Origin: the human T2T-CHM13v2.0 reference genome, Homo sapiens
Reading direction: 5' to 3' (one strand)
DNA: 64,000 nt
NCBI RefSeq assembly: GCF_009914755.1
Contig: NC_060925.1
The notes under the pieces are model-generated. The model was not told where the DNA came from. It was given only the letters and a program-made list of their open reading frames with translations, and ran no database searches. Shown in pieces: positions 1 through 13,435 of the stretch; position 1 is the stretch's first letter, and each line of letters begins with the position of its first letter. Both the position numbers and the translations under genes were made by a program.

Positions 1-654
1 CTCCTGTTATAGGCAGGAAAACAACCATGTGGAGGCTCAGCAGGCTGCCCTGGAGAACGTGGCTAATGCTGATTGAGAGGGACAGGACTGAAGGAGGAGA
101 CGAGGAGCTTCACCTTCATGCATCTTGTATTATTTCACTTGTACAGGTATTTCGCGTGCATTATTTAACGTGCTATATCAAGCTTGTACAGGCATTACTT
201 GAATACATTGAAAACCATGAAACGAAGGAATTAAAAAAAAGAAAGACATGTTGCCAGTCAATAGTAGAGTCTAGATTTGGATAGATTTGTCCAACTCCAG
301 AATATACTCTCTGGCCACACCTCCACAATTTGTCCAAATACCAAACCAGGACATGGACGCTAACAAAGACTATTTTTCTAATGTTATTCATGTGAAGAAT
401 TTTACAAAATAACCAATAACCAAATAACATTTGGTTATTAAATATGATAAATGTGGCCTATGGAAAATAAAACGACACAAAATGAAAACTGGCTGCCATG
501 CAAACTTAGGAGAGGGCAAAGGAGCCACAGTGACCCCAGACTTGCTTTCCCTAAAGGGGGAGGAAAATCAAATCCCCTGCAGATGGCTGCAGACCTCAAA
601 TAGAGTGCTGCCACTGAGGGCAGAGGCCGAGCCCCTGGAGCAGGCTGATTAGTC

Positions 655-860
655 TAGTCTAGTGGTTAGGAACATGGTCTCTGGAGCCAGGCTGAGTGTG
701 AATTCTGGCTCTGTTCTTCATAGCTGTGACTTCAGGCAAGCTTATCTGTGCCCCATTGGTTTCCTCACCTGTGAAATGAATTTGGGACACTGTGTAGATT
801 AAAATGTAAAGTGTCTAGCACTAAACACTACCTAAGTGTTCATTATTATTATCATTATCA
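655..860 (+). mobile_element. MIR SINE fragment
   Basis: agtggttagga...tctggagccag...ctgtgacttcaggcaag...tttcctcacctgtgaaatg MIR core. Confidence 0.7.
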
Positions 861-2359
861 GTCCTGGCCAGAGAGAAAAAGGGAGAATTATCTATTCCAA
901 AAGGAGCCAGGACTGGGATAAGGCTTTGGTGAGCTTTTTACGTGGTCTTGACAACGGTGTTCATGATAGGCTTATTCTAGGCCGCTCTCTGCTGTCAGGA
1001 AGGAGGTTTCCTGTGTGAAGAGAAGGCCTCCCAGGAAGTGACAATAGAGGTATCAATACTCCCAGCAAGAGAACCACAGGCCCAGAGTGGATGTCAGAAA
1101 GAGGGGCATCTCAGGGAGCACGCCTCTGCGGAGGGCTACTGATGAGGAAGAGACCACATGGTTGCCTAGAAGGCAGGCCTGCGGGGAAGCACTGACGCCA
1201 GCACTCAGGCTAGGGGAGTCCCTGGGGTCAACTTGTGCAGAGACTGGCGCTCATATCCCAAAGAACTGGGTGCCTCTCTAAGATAGAGCTCCCTGCCTCC
1301 CAGTATCTCTTCCTGCAGGTGTTTTGTTCCAATGGCTGACAGCGTCTATTCAGAATTCTTAAAAATGTCACTTTGTTTCCATCTGTAAAAAGGAATTAAA
1401 ATGTACCAAAATTCCAAAGAAAATTGCCCCTTTTCAGATGTGGCTCCCTGTCTCCCCTCTTCCCTTTTCTGCTTTTGATCTTATTTAAAATCTCTGACCT
1501 AAAAGTGAACTCTGATATTCCATGCTCCTGGAGTTTTGGGAGGACCCTGACTTCAGAAGCAGAACTCTTTGAGTTCTTCTGGTTCCAGCTCTGCAGCTAA
1601 TTTGGAAACCCCAAGAAAGTTGTGTCACTTCTGTCTCAGTCCAGAAAGTGGAAAGATTAACCACATAAACTCAAAAATACTATCTGGCTCTGAAATGCTG
1701 TGTTCTTGGGATAGTCTCAAAAAAGCTGAGTTGTGGGGACTAACCTAAGTCGATATTCTACCTCCCTTTTGAACTGATGTTGAAAGAAGAAAGACGATAA
1801 AAGAAGGTTTTCCTCATCAGTCATTCAAGACTATACTTAAAATTACATTTTGCAGAAATAAAAGCAGTATTTTTAATGTTAGGAAAAAGTCTAAAAGGGT
1901 GACTACGGGTGATTTTCATTTCTTTATAGTTTTCTGTATTTATCCAATGATCTGTAATGGACATGTCACAGTTTAAAACTCAACTTAAAGGTTATTGCTC
2001 TAAATTCGATTTTGCTGGGGAGAAGGTTAGGAGTCTGGCTTCTGAAAGCGTCCTTTTCACCAGTGAAACTGCCCTCACTCCCAACCCTGCAGCAAACCCG
2101 GGAAGAGTTAAAGCGCAGGCCAGGCGGAGAGGGCAGGGAGAAAAGGGAACTGCAAAAAGCCTCAACACCCAGTAGATTTCCTACTGCTGCTGACACTTTG
2201 GCCCAGCGTCTGCGCCTCCGACCAGCTTACGGAACCAACCACACCTCGATCCTAACACATCACCTGTGAGAGCAGGGTCAACTCTCCAGCGGCCTCAGAT
2301 GGCCTCAAACTAAGCTTGGGGAGGGGTTTTCAACCCTGAAAGCCCAGAACTGAGCCTCC

Positions 2360-2450
2360 AGGCAGCGCAGCGCCCGCGACCACGTGAGCACGGACCCACC
2401 TCCCCAGCCTTTCCATGACGTGACTGCTGGGGCGGGGATGGGGCGGGGCA
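2360..2450. promoter_or_regulatory. Candidate enhancer/promoter: E-box + CRE-like site + two GC boxes
   Basis: CACGTG 2381-2386, ATGACGTGAC 2415-2424, GGGGCGGGG 2429-2437 and 2440-2448; locally CpG-rich. Confidence 0.6.
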
Positions 2451-4281
2451 CACCCAGCTGCCCAAATCAGCATGACCCCAAAAGAGCAAGCGAGTTCCTG
2501 AAATTCCTTGAGGTTTGAAAGACAGCTTAGAGATCCTAAGTCCCTTTTGGCAGAGAGGGGGGAGGTAGGGAAGCCTGAGGGCATCCCAGAACCAGCAGGA
2601 GGCACAGAAATGTGTCAGCTCTTTCCCCAAGAGAGGAGGCAATGCTGAATGTGTTAGGTAGGGTCCTTTTCCGGGACCAGCTGGTGAACCGATGTGAAGA
2701 GTCGGCTCTAATGATTACTTGTATTAAGTTATCCACGATTCTTATGAAAAAGGAAAGCAAATATCCCACAGTACAAGAAGGAAAGAAAAGGGGGCCCCAG
2801 GCTTTTCAGCAAGGGCGTTTGGAAAGAGATGGATATTGATGATAGGGACTTTTCAGAGACCAGGCTCAGCCCAGTTGGGATGCAACTCAGGAAAGTCAGA
2901 TCGAGGGAACTAAACCAAGGTACTGTTGGCCAAGAGACATTTTAAACGCTTTTTCTCACCAGGATTCATAAAGCCCTTTTGCCTTGAAGCCCATAGGGCA
3001 CAGGAGAGCTACCCTGTCCCTGGGACAAACGGGAAAATGTTCAGCCCCATCCTGGGTGAATGCAAGACCTCTGCCACCCCCAACACACACACCCTGTGAC
3101 TACCCTAAGTGGATGTGTTCTTTCACGTTGCTAAGAAAAAGTCCGCAGCTATGAAGTGGTCAGCCTCTGAGGTCCAGTCATTGCCCTGACAAGACTTTGA
3201 GATGCATGCTCTCTGAAACTCCCCTCCCCTCACCTGGCAAAAATTATTCATGCCATCCTTGATAGCCTTTCAGCTGAGCGCCTTGGTCAGAAAACTAACC
3301 ACCTGCCTCTTCTCACCATGTCAAACCCAGTCGTCTGGTGAGAAGACCTAACGTGGGGTGCTTCTCAGTCCACAGACAGTGTTGCTGGTTCCGAGGCCAG
3401 ATTGTTCCTTTCTTCCTAGCCTGTGAATAACACTCCCACCTAGAACCAGCCCTTTTGCTCTTAAGGGGTTACACTTCATTTCCCTTTGATTTAGCCAGAA
3501 AGTTTACCATTGCAGACACCTCCATCTGTAAAATTGGGCAGAGAAGGCAGGGAAAGCAATTAATATGTGTTGAGTGTGTTCTCTGAGCCTACCATTATGC
3601 AAGACAGCTTGTGTGTCCATTCTCTAAGTTGGTCTTCACAACCACCCTGGCAAGGGCACAGAGTTGGTAAGTGCAGAAAATTTGATAAATCCAGAGCCCA
3701 AATCTAACCCAGGATTTCCCTATGCCAGGCTGCTTTCCTGCAATCGCCTGGGGCATACAGAAAAATACCTATATTGAGGTAAAAGGTTTGATTTAAAAAT
3801 TAAATATAAACATTTTCTTTTAAAGCCCAATTTGCATATTTTTGCATTGTGCAGATTTGGATCTGTGCTTCATCCTCTCCCACCTGCAACAACATTTAAA
3901 TGCCTCAGCCTGGGCACTAAAAAAGGGAGCAAATGCAGGTCTACTAGCTGGCCATGTTTTTGGCAACCCTGCAAAACAAAATTTCCAACTCTCCAGATGA
4001 TACCCCTGCCTCCTCCAAAACAAATGCCTGTACTCCAGCATCTGTCACTCAGGAGTCCAAGCTGGGAGTTCAGACGCTGCTTATAAGCTCATAGGCTGAA
4101 TGAGGGCATTACATAAAAAGGCTCAGAGCTATGTGGAAGCAGTGTAGAAGCAATGTCAGCAGTCCACCTAAAGGCCTGGCTGAAGAATTTCTCAGCCTCC
4201 TAAAGGATCCCCAGGCAGCTGCCACCATCTCATCTCCAGTAGTCAAAGGACCACCACTAGCTGAAGGCTGGGAGGGCAATG

Positions 4282-4461
4282 CAGTGGTCCTTGACCTTGG
4301 CTGCACATCAGTTATCACCTGGGAGTTTTACAACCATTGTTGCCTGGGTCCCCCCCCGCCCCGAGATTCTGGCTTAGTTGGTGTGGAGTGTAGTCTAGCA
4401 CAGGGATTTATTTGTTAAGCTCCCACATGTTTCCAAAGTGCAGTCTTGGCAAGAACCACTG
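4282..4461. mobile_element. MER5-type hAT-Charlie DNA transposon
   Basis: Termini cagtggtcctt...aagaaccactg; internal ggctgcacatcag..atcacctggga. Confidence 0.7.
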
Positions 4462-4589
4462 GACACCATTGGTCAAAGTGGCCCAAAAGAGCTAGGAAAA
4501 TATAAATAACATTCAGCAGGTCATTCAGGGTTCTTGAGAACAGAGAATGACCGAAGGGACTTCTGTGTACTGGCAGTGCAAGGCAAGGT

Positions 4590-4820
4590 AGCAACATAGA
4601 GCAAAGGGTTTGGAGCAAAGCAAGCAGAAATTTGAGTCCTAGCTCCAGCATTTTGCCCACCATGTGACCTGGGTAAAGCCACTCATTCATTCTGAGCCTT
4701 AGTTTCCTCACCTGTAAAATGAGGCTGCTTCCCTTGCTGGACTGTGCTAGGAATTAGCTGCACTAGGGCATTGCCTGGCACATACAAGGTCTTCCATAAG
4801 TGACACTTATGATTGTTAAT
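4590..4820 (+). mobile_element. MIR SINE fragment
   Basis: tgtgacctgggtaa...tctgagccttagtttcctcacctgtaaaatgagg. Confidence 0.7.
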
Positions 4821-5539
4821 AAACAAATTACACCTGGGATTGACTGGTGTTTGGTATGAAGAGAGGCTGTGGGCTGACAGTACCCTTCAGAGGGGACCCC
4901 TTTAGTGAATGAGATTCAGACTTCCTTGGGGAGGAGCTGTGGAAGATAAAAGAAGCTGAAAGTGGTATAGGAGACAGGCAGGGCAGCCACTCCAGCATCT
5001 GGGGCACCTCCAGCCTTTGTTCTCCATCTCTAGTCCCTTTTTCTCTGCAAGTTGAGCCTCAGGAGGAGGTGTATATTTACAGGGAGAGTCTAGCTGTATT
5101 TGGCCACGTTCTACCTACCAAAGTGGGTAGCAATCAGACTGGATTGTGTCACCCTGGATTGTGTCATCCGAAGCAGCTCTGCCCAAGACAGGTCTGTCTG
5201 CCCACAGACTCACACCTGCCTTTTCCCTCCTACTTTACACCATGATGCTCTGAGGGAAGCCAGGCCCTAGAGGGGCAGCCAGCACTGCAACCTGTCACTG
5301 TGCTGTCCACGCTTGCATAAACCTGGGTGGAAGACACAGACCCTGGGAATGTGTGACAACTGTCCCAAGGCAGAGAGGGCTGGGGAATCCCAACTCTGCA
5401 ACACCTCCCCCTTCGTGCTTTGAGCAGCCCAGCATAAAGGAACCCACTGCCTACATGATTCTTTCTCCTTTTCCTTTTCTCTCCTTTCTCCCCTAACACC
5501 TGTAGAGTTGATGGAGCTCTTTCTCATCCATTATTTCTT

Positions 5540-5720
5540 ATGATGTTCAAAACAGCCCTGTGAGGCAGCTGACTGCAGGAACTAAGATGACCTGGATTCA
5601 TCGGTAAGAAAACAGAGGCTCAGGCAGATGCCATGACTTGCTCCCAGTCACAGAACTCATCAGAAACAGGATTTGAACCCATGTATATGTACCAAGAACC
5701 CATTCTTCTCCACCATGCTA
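5540..5720 (-). mobile_element. MIR SINE fragment
   Basis: aacagccctgtgagg...gaaaacagaggctcag...ggatttgaaccca (reverse MIR). Confidence 0.6.
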
Positions 5721-8700
5721 TGCCCCATGACCGCCTACCCATGTCAAAGGCCCTCCTGCTTGCTGTGTAGTATAAGACATCTGTGAAGTGGAGACGGTGG
5801 CGGGGGAAGGGGAGTGTAGACATGCAACTAATCTAAGCTCTAGCTGAACTCAGAGTCCCCCCGACTTGATGCTCCATTCTAAAACTGAGTTTGAGCAACA
5901 CATCATTCCCTCTTTTCTATGCCTCTCTCCTTTCTTCATCTGAGAAAATGGCAAAGCCAGCTACCCAAGGACAGGCTGGAGGAGGACTCAAAATCAACCA
6001 CCAAACATCTTACAACATCTGTGCCTCAGAACACAGCTTTCATCTTACCAAACTTCACTTTAAAGAAATGAAGGTACCACAAGGTACCTTCATTACAAAG
6101 AGATTTTGTTCAATTGCTGGGCCAAAGTGGGAAATATTAAATTCCAGTCAAAGAAGGTATGGATATCCTGCTAATTCCCTGAGGCATGTTCCATACTGAC
6201 AAACCATCTGACTTTCTGAGTGTCAGGGAAATTTCCAATCCAAAGAGTAAATGAACTTCCGTGAGTAGAAAAATAGCCTCTTCACAGCACCCGATTCTCT
6301 CCCACCAAGAATTCTCTCTCACCTTTCGCATGCAGTACTGACGTTGGGGCCATTAGGAACAAAACGAAGGGGAAGGAAATGGCACCAGTCCAGGTGTTAC
6401 CAGACGGATATGTGAAAGCAAGTGTAGAATCACCCCCAAGAAACTCAAAGTAGGAGAAGCACTTGCTCATCTGTTACCAGATACTCACTGTCCAGCTGGC
6501 CAGCCTAGTGCATGCTTCCAGAAGGAGACCAGCACCAGCCAGGGAGCAGAGCAGTCAACCTGTGCACCCCACCATCCTCCCTCGAAAGCCTGCATGGAAG
6601 GCCTGCATTTGGATTCACAGAGCAGCCATTCTTTCAATGAGCATAGCAGAGCAGGATAGAGCAACACTTTTTTTTTCTTTAACCAGGGAAGGGGACCCAC
6701 AGAGGCAGTACATACAAACCTGAAATCAGACTTGTTCTAGAACTGGGGTCTCTTAAAAGCCCTTCTTCTCAGGCACAGGGTCCTTTCCACAATAGAGAAC
6801 ACTGGTGAACCAGCTCTGGGAAAGGTCAGCTACCGAAATGCAGATGATTGCATGCAAAGATCTCAGGCCTTGTGCTTTTCAAATGATATCCTCATATGTT
6901 CTTTCATTTGCTCTGCATGGAGACTCCAGAAGGTTAAGCAGTCACTCATATATAACTTACAGGTAACAAAACCCAAGTACAGAGGGCCCCAAAGACGTCC
7001 CTAGAGGCACACAGGTGGGACCAGAGTCCAGATCTGCCAAGGCCACTGAGCTGCTCTGCCCATCATGGAGGGCCCCTGCCTGCCTCCAGCGCTCCACCGT
7101 TCACACCCCTGGGTCAACATTCCCAGGGTGGCAGATGCTGAACCCACAATCAGCCAACTCACAGGTCCTACATGGGGAGAGTGGAATGGGGTCAGGAAAA
7201 ACCATTGCTTTCCTTTTCCCTTTGAATGCCTGAGTAGACATTTAAGCCAAGCTGGGGAATGAAGGAGTTGGCCTCTGCCCCAAGAGGGAAACAGCCCTTC
7301 AACGGGAACAACACAGTAAGAGATTCATCCAAGAGTCCCTGTCTTCAGAGCTACCTCCCTACACCTCCATCTGCGGACGCCCCTTTCAAAACTCAACCTG
7401 TCCTCTTGCCATCCACAGGATGTTTTAATTTCCTTAGAATGTGGCACTTCAAAATTCAGCTCGTGCTGAGCTCAGTGTTCAGCACCCTGGCTCCACGCAT
7501 GCCCGCTCTGCCCCACCCCTGCCCCTAAGTCCTGGCGACATTGACCCACTCACCATTTCCCGGTCCCGCCACATTCTCTCGGGTTTCCTGGCCATTGCTC
7601 ACGTGGACCTTCAACTTGGAATCATCTTTCCCTCCCTGTCCAGCCACTGAAGTCCAACTCAACAGTAAAGATGTTATTGACTGTCCCCTCTCCCACAGAG
7701 CCTCCACAGATGAGCTCTGGGCCTCCCAGCAGGCTCCAGGGCAGTAGCTGTTCTTCCCTGTCTGCACCCACACGGCATGACCCTGCCCTCACAGGCCTCC
7801 CTGCAGCCTCTACCCAACGACTCTGTGATCTGACTGCATGTCTCTGTGACCAGTGACACCTCCACGTCCTCAAGGGCAGGCACCAGGGCTTGCTGGGCTG
7901 GAATGTTCAGCATGTAACAGGTGTTTAGTTCATTGTTTATAAAATGGACACATGAGTTAACTAATTAAAAGCTCCACAACATTGTACAAGGAAAAAAAAT
8001 TCCACTTTCTCATCCATGAAGCTCTGGAGCTGGGGAAATGAAGCGGCTGGCTGCTGGGTGCCGCGGTGAGCTGTGGGGCAGCACGAGGAAGGTTCTGAGC
8101 CAATGAATGTGATGCAAGACAAGAAACTGAGGATGGGGGAGGAAACGAGAAAGAGTGAGGGAGAAGAGGAGGGGGATGATGAAGATTCCAACCTGAGACA
8201 TTATTGCAGAAAGCAACCCCAGGTTAACAAGGCAAGTTGCTAAAGGAAAGGGAATGGCAGATAAAGCGACCCCCCGCCCTAAAAGGCTTACCAGGGCACT
8301 TCAGCAGAACCCAAGGGAAAGCCATGTGGGCCAGCAGGCTTCCGAACCAGTTCTGTCTGCTCTAATGAGGCCATGGGGGTGGATGGGCAGGGGGCAAATC
8401 ACAGAAGCATCTGCTCTTGAATCAACAGTGAGGCTCTGGCTGGCTGAAGAATGTCTCCAACTCCCTAGTCACCCAGTGGGCCTAATTTCATTCCTGGACA
8501 TGTCTAGTATAGATTGAAAGGGAAGCCATAGTCAGTTTCAAAAAGAAGTGGAAAAGTTCCCTGGGGTTCACTGAGATACCATTATTAGATTGGGGTTCCC
8601 AGGAGCATTTCTTGTTAAGTGTCAAGTCCAGAGTTTGACCTTTGGGGAAATGGGGGAAATTCAAAAGGATCAAAGCCCCCAAACTCCCTTTAGCTCAGTG

Positions 8701-11700
8701 GGAAAAACCCAAAGCTCCTGCCCTGCCTCTGTGCATCCTCTGGGGCCCTGAAACTGCGTCAGCGTGCGGTGTAACGTGCCCTCCATCCCAGCACAGACAT
8801 AACACAACGTAAAACTCATTAAAGACCAGAGGACTCTGTACCTATCTGGCACTAAAAGGAGATCTCCTGCCACATGTCTCCCATCTGGATTCTTTCATGA
8901 AAGATCATGTGTAGCTGTGCACAATGTCGAAAAAGGACATCCCAAAGGGTTTAGGTGTGTGTCCGTTTTTCCTAAGGCTTGTCCTGGGGTGCCAAGTGTG
9001 CACATGCCACTGTGCCCTGGGGGCCACATATGGCTGACTTATCTGGCAATGGGAGGGGACAGAGCAGAACTGGAGGTAGAGAAAAACGTGCAGGGAGAGT
9101 GAGTTATTGCCAAGAGGATTTGACTGTGCTGTGACAACAGAAGTCCCCTGGGTCTTCAAGCCTCAGGCTGGGATGCTATAATCTGGAACCTCCAGGGAGT
9201 AACATCACCAGGTGCTGGCAGGGACTAACGTCCTGCCTCACTGATGTGGCACAAGTCATTTGCTGCCTTGGGTCTCTAGTACTGTATATTTGTAGTCAGT
9301 GAGCAAAAAGGAATATTTAAAAAAGGAATCTTTCTATAGCGTCATTTACACTTGGGCCAAAATAAGATCAGAGTGGAACAAAATAAAATCTGGTCAAGAA
9401 GAGAAGGCAGAAATAGTGCAGAATGCTGCCAAATATTTCCACCATGAGATATAGAACCGTAAGTTATTCATAAGAGAGCTCTTCAGAGTCATGAGTCTAT
9501 GGCTTCCATCCTCGGGATGAAAACAAAAATCTCACCCACTGTCCACAGTGAAACAACCAAAAGTGGGCCTTAAAGGGGAACACTAGGGTTTGGAGTCTTC
9601 TGTGCCATCTGCCCTCCCACATCACACCCTGATCCCTTGTTTCCAGCCTCCAGCTCAGAGGCCAACATAGGAACAGCCTCTACCCTCTGTCCCTGGAACA
9701 GCTTTTTCCACTGAGACCAAGGGTGCTGCCCGCTGTAAAGGAACATGAATGAGCTCAGAAACCACATCTGCTTTTGCACTTGTCAACTTGAGGCTGGCAA
9801 AACTGAGGGGTTCCATGAAACTGCAGCCCCAGCAGTTCCAGCACTGTAGGGAGCACTTACCTAGAGACACAGTGCCCTCCTGCCCTCCTGTGGCCTTGCT
9901 TGGCACAGAGGGGCCACACAGATACCAACTGTGGGAAGGATCTCTAGCTGGGCAGCATCGCCATTGCTCCTCATTGTCCAGGGGCCTTTTGTGTGTGGCT
10001 CTCTACTCAAGACCATAGGGATGGAGGTAAAAAGATTAAAAAGATACTGCTTCCGAGTTTCCTCAAGGAGCTCACCAACTTCCCCAGGTGTCTGGGGAGG
10101 AGGAAAGAGCAGCTCCTACAACCTCAAGAGTCTTTGCCAGGACCAGCCAAGGGAGTGTCTGTAACAACTATTTTTAAAAAGAAACCAGGATAAAGCTCCC
10201 AATTGCCCTACGTTTTCCTTAGGAGAAATACACCCAAAGTAGAAGCCATACCAAGTCTCAGGCCCAAGCCTCTGGCAAGAAAAAACAAATGGGCTTAGCA
10301 CTTCTGATAGGGTTCACACTTCTGATAGGGTTCAGCAATGATTAAGCCCCTATGAAATGGCAAATAGTGACATTATCATACAAGAGATCCCTGCAGCCCT
10401 GGAGGGTTCCAGAAAAGAGCATAGCCTTTTAAACTGCAGCTGCCTATATATGGCAGGTACCATGCTGGCACTGGAAATGCAAAGACGAATTAGACAACAT
10501 CCCTTGGGGAGCTGTTTTGCAGAGCTGTTCCGGGAAACTCAGAATGTAACCACCCCCACTCCTGACCGCCCCCCATCAGGATTGTCTCGTGTGTTCAGGG
10601 TCCCACAGAACCCAAGCCAAGAGTCACCCCCACTCTGTATCTTTGGCATTAGATAGTAATGAGGGCCAAGAGGAGAGGACAGAAAAGGAGGTCTTCCATC
10701 TGCAAAGCAACTCTTGACAGCAGCAGCCCAGCTGCTCGGGGCCACTGCCCAAAATGCTAATGAAGCCAGTCACAATTAGCAGGCTACTCAGGGGCTGCCC
10801 AGACCACAGAGCTGCTGCCACAGTCAGCTGTGCCAGAGCAGCCTGCCGGGTCCCAGGCAGAGCTTTTATGCTAGCACTTTCTCCTTCCCCTTTCACCTGG
10901 CATTTGGAATCCACCAACAATCTTTGTACCCTTCTCTCTGCCTGACCCACAAAACCACCCAAGGACGCTGGTATGACTCTCACTGATAAAGTCAAAGACA
11001 GATGGGTAGGGATAGGGATGGGAATTGGGAGAAGGGTCCAGAAAAAATGATTTGGACTCTTTTTGCTCCCATTACCAACCACTCCATTTTCCCCCCCAAC
11101 AAACAAGTGCTTCCCCACTTTACTGACATCTGGATTCCACTGGCTAGTTCCACTAGCTTGGGAGCAAGTTTGCTCTCCGACCTCTTAGAGTATTCAGCAG
11201 ATGGTGATCAACACAGCCCTCTCCAAGGAGAGACGTTTAGCTTTATGAAAATTCCTAAAGAAAGCCACTGGGATATGTTTTCGTGCCAAGACATCTGACA
11301 ACTGGCCTATTTTTAAAGTTCCAACCAATAATCTCTCAAAAGCACTCTACCCACAGACAAAGGGGCAATGACGAAAAAAGTAATGAGGCCAGTATTATGT
11401 TTTTGTTTTTCAAACAATCCAGAATTTACCCATCCAAATAAATAATATTCTCTTCAAAGCCTACCCCCTTAGAAAGCTCTGTGCTGATTCCACTGGGGCT
11501 GTGTTTTCTCAGAACATTTTTGGAAAGTCCTATTGTGGAGCAGCCTTTGTTTCCCAGAGAGTGTCCAGGATAAAGTTAATAAGCATCCAACCAGCAGCCG
11601 CTGCTGCGGGCCAGGTACTGTGGTAGGCCCAGGGAAGGGGAATCCTATAGGTAAATACAACAAGGTGTCTCCCTGGCAAGATGCTCACTATCCGGGTGGA

Positions 11701-11751
11701 GAAAGGAGGAGAAGGTTTTTGTGGGTTTTTTTCCTTTGTCGGAAGGTTTTA

Positions 11752-11753
<2 letters not shown>

Positions 11754-11799
<46 letters not shown>
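11754..11799. repeat. (TG)23 microsatellite
   Basis: Direct read; sits at the tail end of the adjacent L1. Confidence 0.95.
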
Positions 11800-11800
<1 letters not shown>

Positions 11801-11809
11801 ATGCATATG

Positions 11810-12437
11810 TGTTTGTGTACTTTTAAGTTCAGAGGTACATGTACAGGTCACATAGGTAAACTTTTGTCATGGGGGTTTGTTTTACAGATTATTTCATCAC
11901 CCATGTATTAAGCCTAGTACCCATTAGTTATTTCCCCTGATCCTCTCTCTCCTCCTACCCTCTACCCTTCAAAAGGCCCCAGTATCTGTTGTTCCCCTCT
12001 ATGTGTCCATGTGTTCTCATCATTTAGCTCCCACTTATAATAACATGCAGTATTTGGTTTTCGGTTCCTGTGTTGGTTTGCTGAGGAGAATGGCCTCCAG
12101 CTCCAACCATGTTCCTGCAAAGGACATGATCTCATTCCTTTCTATGGCTGCGTAGTGTTCAATGGTGTATATGTACCACATTTTCTTTATCCAGTCTACC
12201 ACTGATGGGCATTTGGGTTGATTCCATGTCTTTGCCATTATGGAACAGTGCTGCAATGAACATAAACATGCATGTGTCTTTATAATAAAATGATTTATAT
12301 TCTTTTGGGTATATACCCAGTAGTGAGATTGCTGGATTGAATGGTATTTCTGTCTTTAGGTCTTTGAGGAATCGCCACAGTCTTCCATAGTGGTTGAACT
12401 AATTTACACTCACACCAACAGTGTATAAGCGTTTCTT
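11810..12437 (-). mobile_element. L1 3' end fragment (old L1PA/L1PB type)
   Basis: Reverse L1 3'UTR/ORF2 end; minus-strand peptide AKTWNQPKCPSVVDWIKKMWYIYTIEHYAAI is the L1 ORF2 C-terminus. Confidence 0.9.
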
Positions 12438-12969
12438 TAAGGAAGAGAAGGTGTTTTGAATACATACCATCAGCCAGGCACCGGGCAACAGCTTTTGACA
12501 TGTTACATTTAATATGGATCCCAAAATCCTCTTAGATGTAGACAACCAGGCTCAGAAAAGTTAAAGTGACCTAGCCAAAGTCACACAACAAAGAAATTCT
12601 GAGACTGGTCCTGATCTGGGGCTGTCAGGCTCCCAAACTGGTCCTCTCATCCCCACAGCAGCCTGCAGTAAACACACTCTCCAGGACAGGAGGCTGAGGC
12701 AGGATAACTCACTCCTCCTACGTCAAGCACTCACCTCCTGTTTACCCTTTCATCAAGAGGCTCTGACAAGCCAGTGGGCAGGGAGAGTTTCTTCAGATAT
12801 AAAACAGGACTTTTCATAACCCTAGTATTTACGTCAACTGAGAAGGACAGACACTCAGACACAGTCGCACACACTTCACTCACACACAGGACCGTCAATT
12901 CAACGTGTCCACCTACCTCACAAGCAGGCAGGGAAATCAGGCCTGCATCTCAACACGTCAAAACTAGTT

Positions 12970-13435
12970 TCCTGCAATAGCCAAAAGGTGGAAGCAAGCC
13001 AAGTGCCATCGGCAGATGACTGGATAAACAAAATGTGATATAGACACACAATGGATTATCATTCAGCCTTAAAAGGGAAGGAAATTCTGACACATGCTAC
13101 AACAGGGATGACCCTTGAGCACATTATGCTCCATGAAATAAGCCAGACACAAAAGGACAAACGCTGTATGACTCCACTTATCCCAAGTACCGAAAATAGG
13201 CAAATTCACAAAGACAGAAAAGTAGATTAATGGTTGTAGGGGCCTAGGAGAGAGGGGAGAGGGATTATTTAATGGGTAGTTTCAGTTTGAGAAAATGAAA
13301 AAGTTCTAGAGATGGATGGTGGTGATGGCTGCGTGACAGTGTGAATGGATGTAATGCCACTAAACTGTGCACTTAAAATGGTTAAAATGGTGAATTTTAT
13401 GTTATGTACACTTTGCCACATTTAAAAAAAAAAAA
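12970..13435 (+). mobile_element. L1M (L1MB-type) 3' end fragment
   Basis: caatagccaaaaggtggaag...ggataaacaaaatgtg...gatggatggtggtgatgg...aaaatggtgaattttatg followed by an A tail. Confidence 0.85.
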
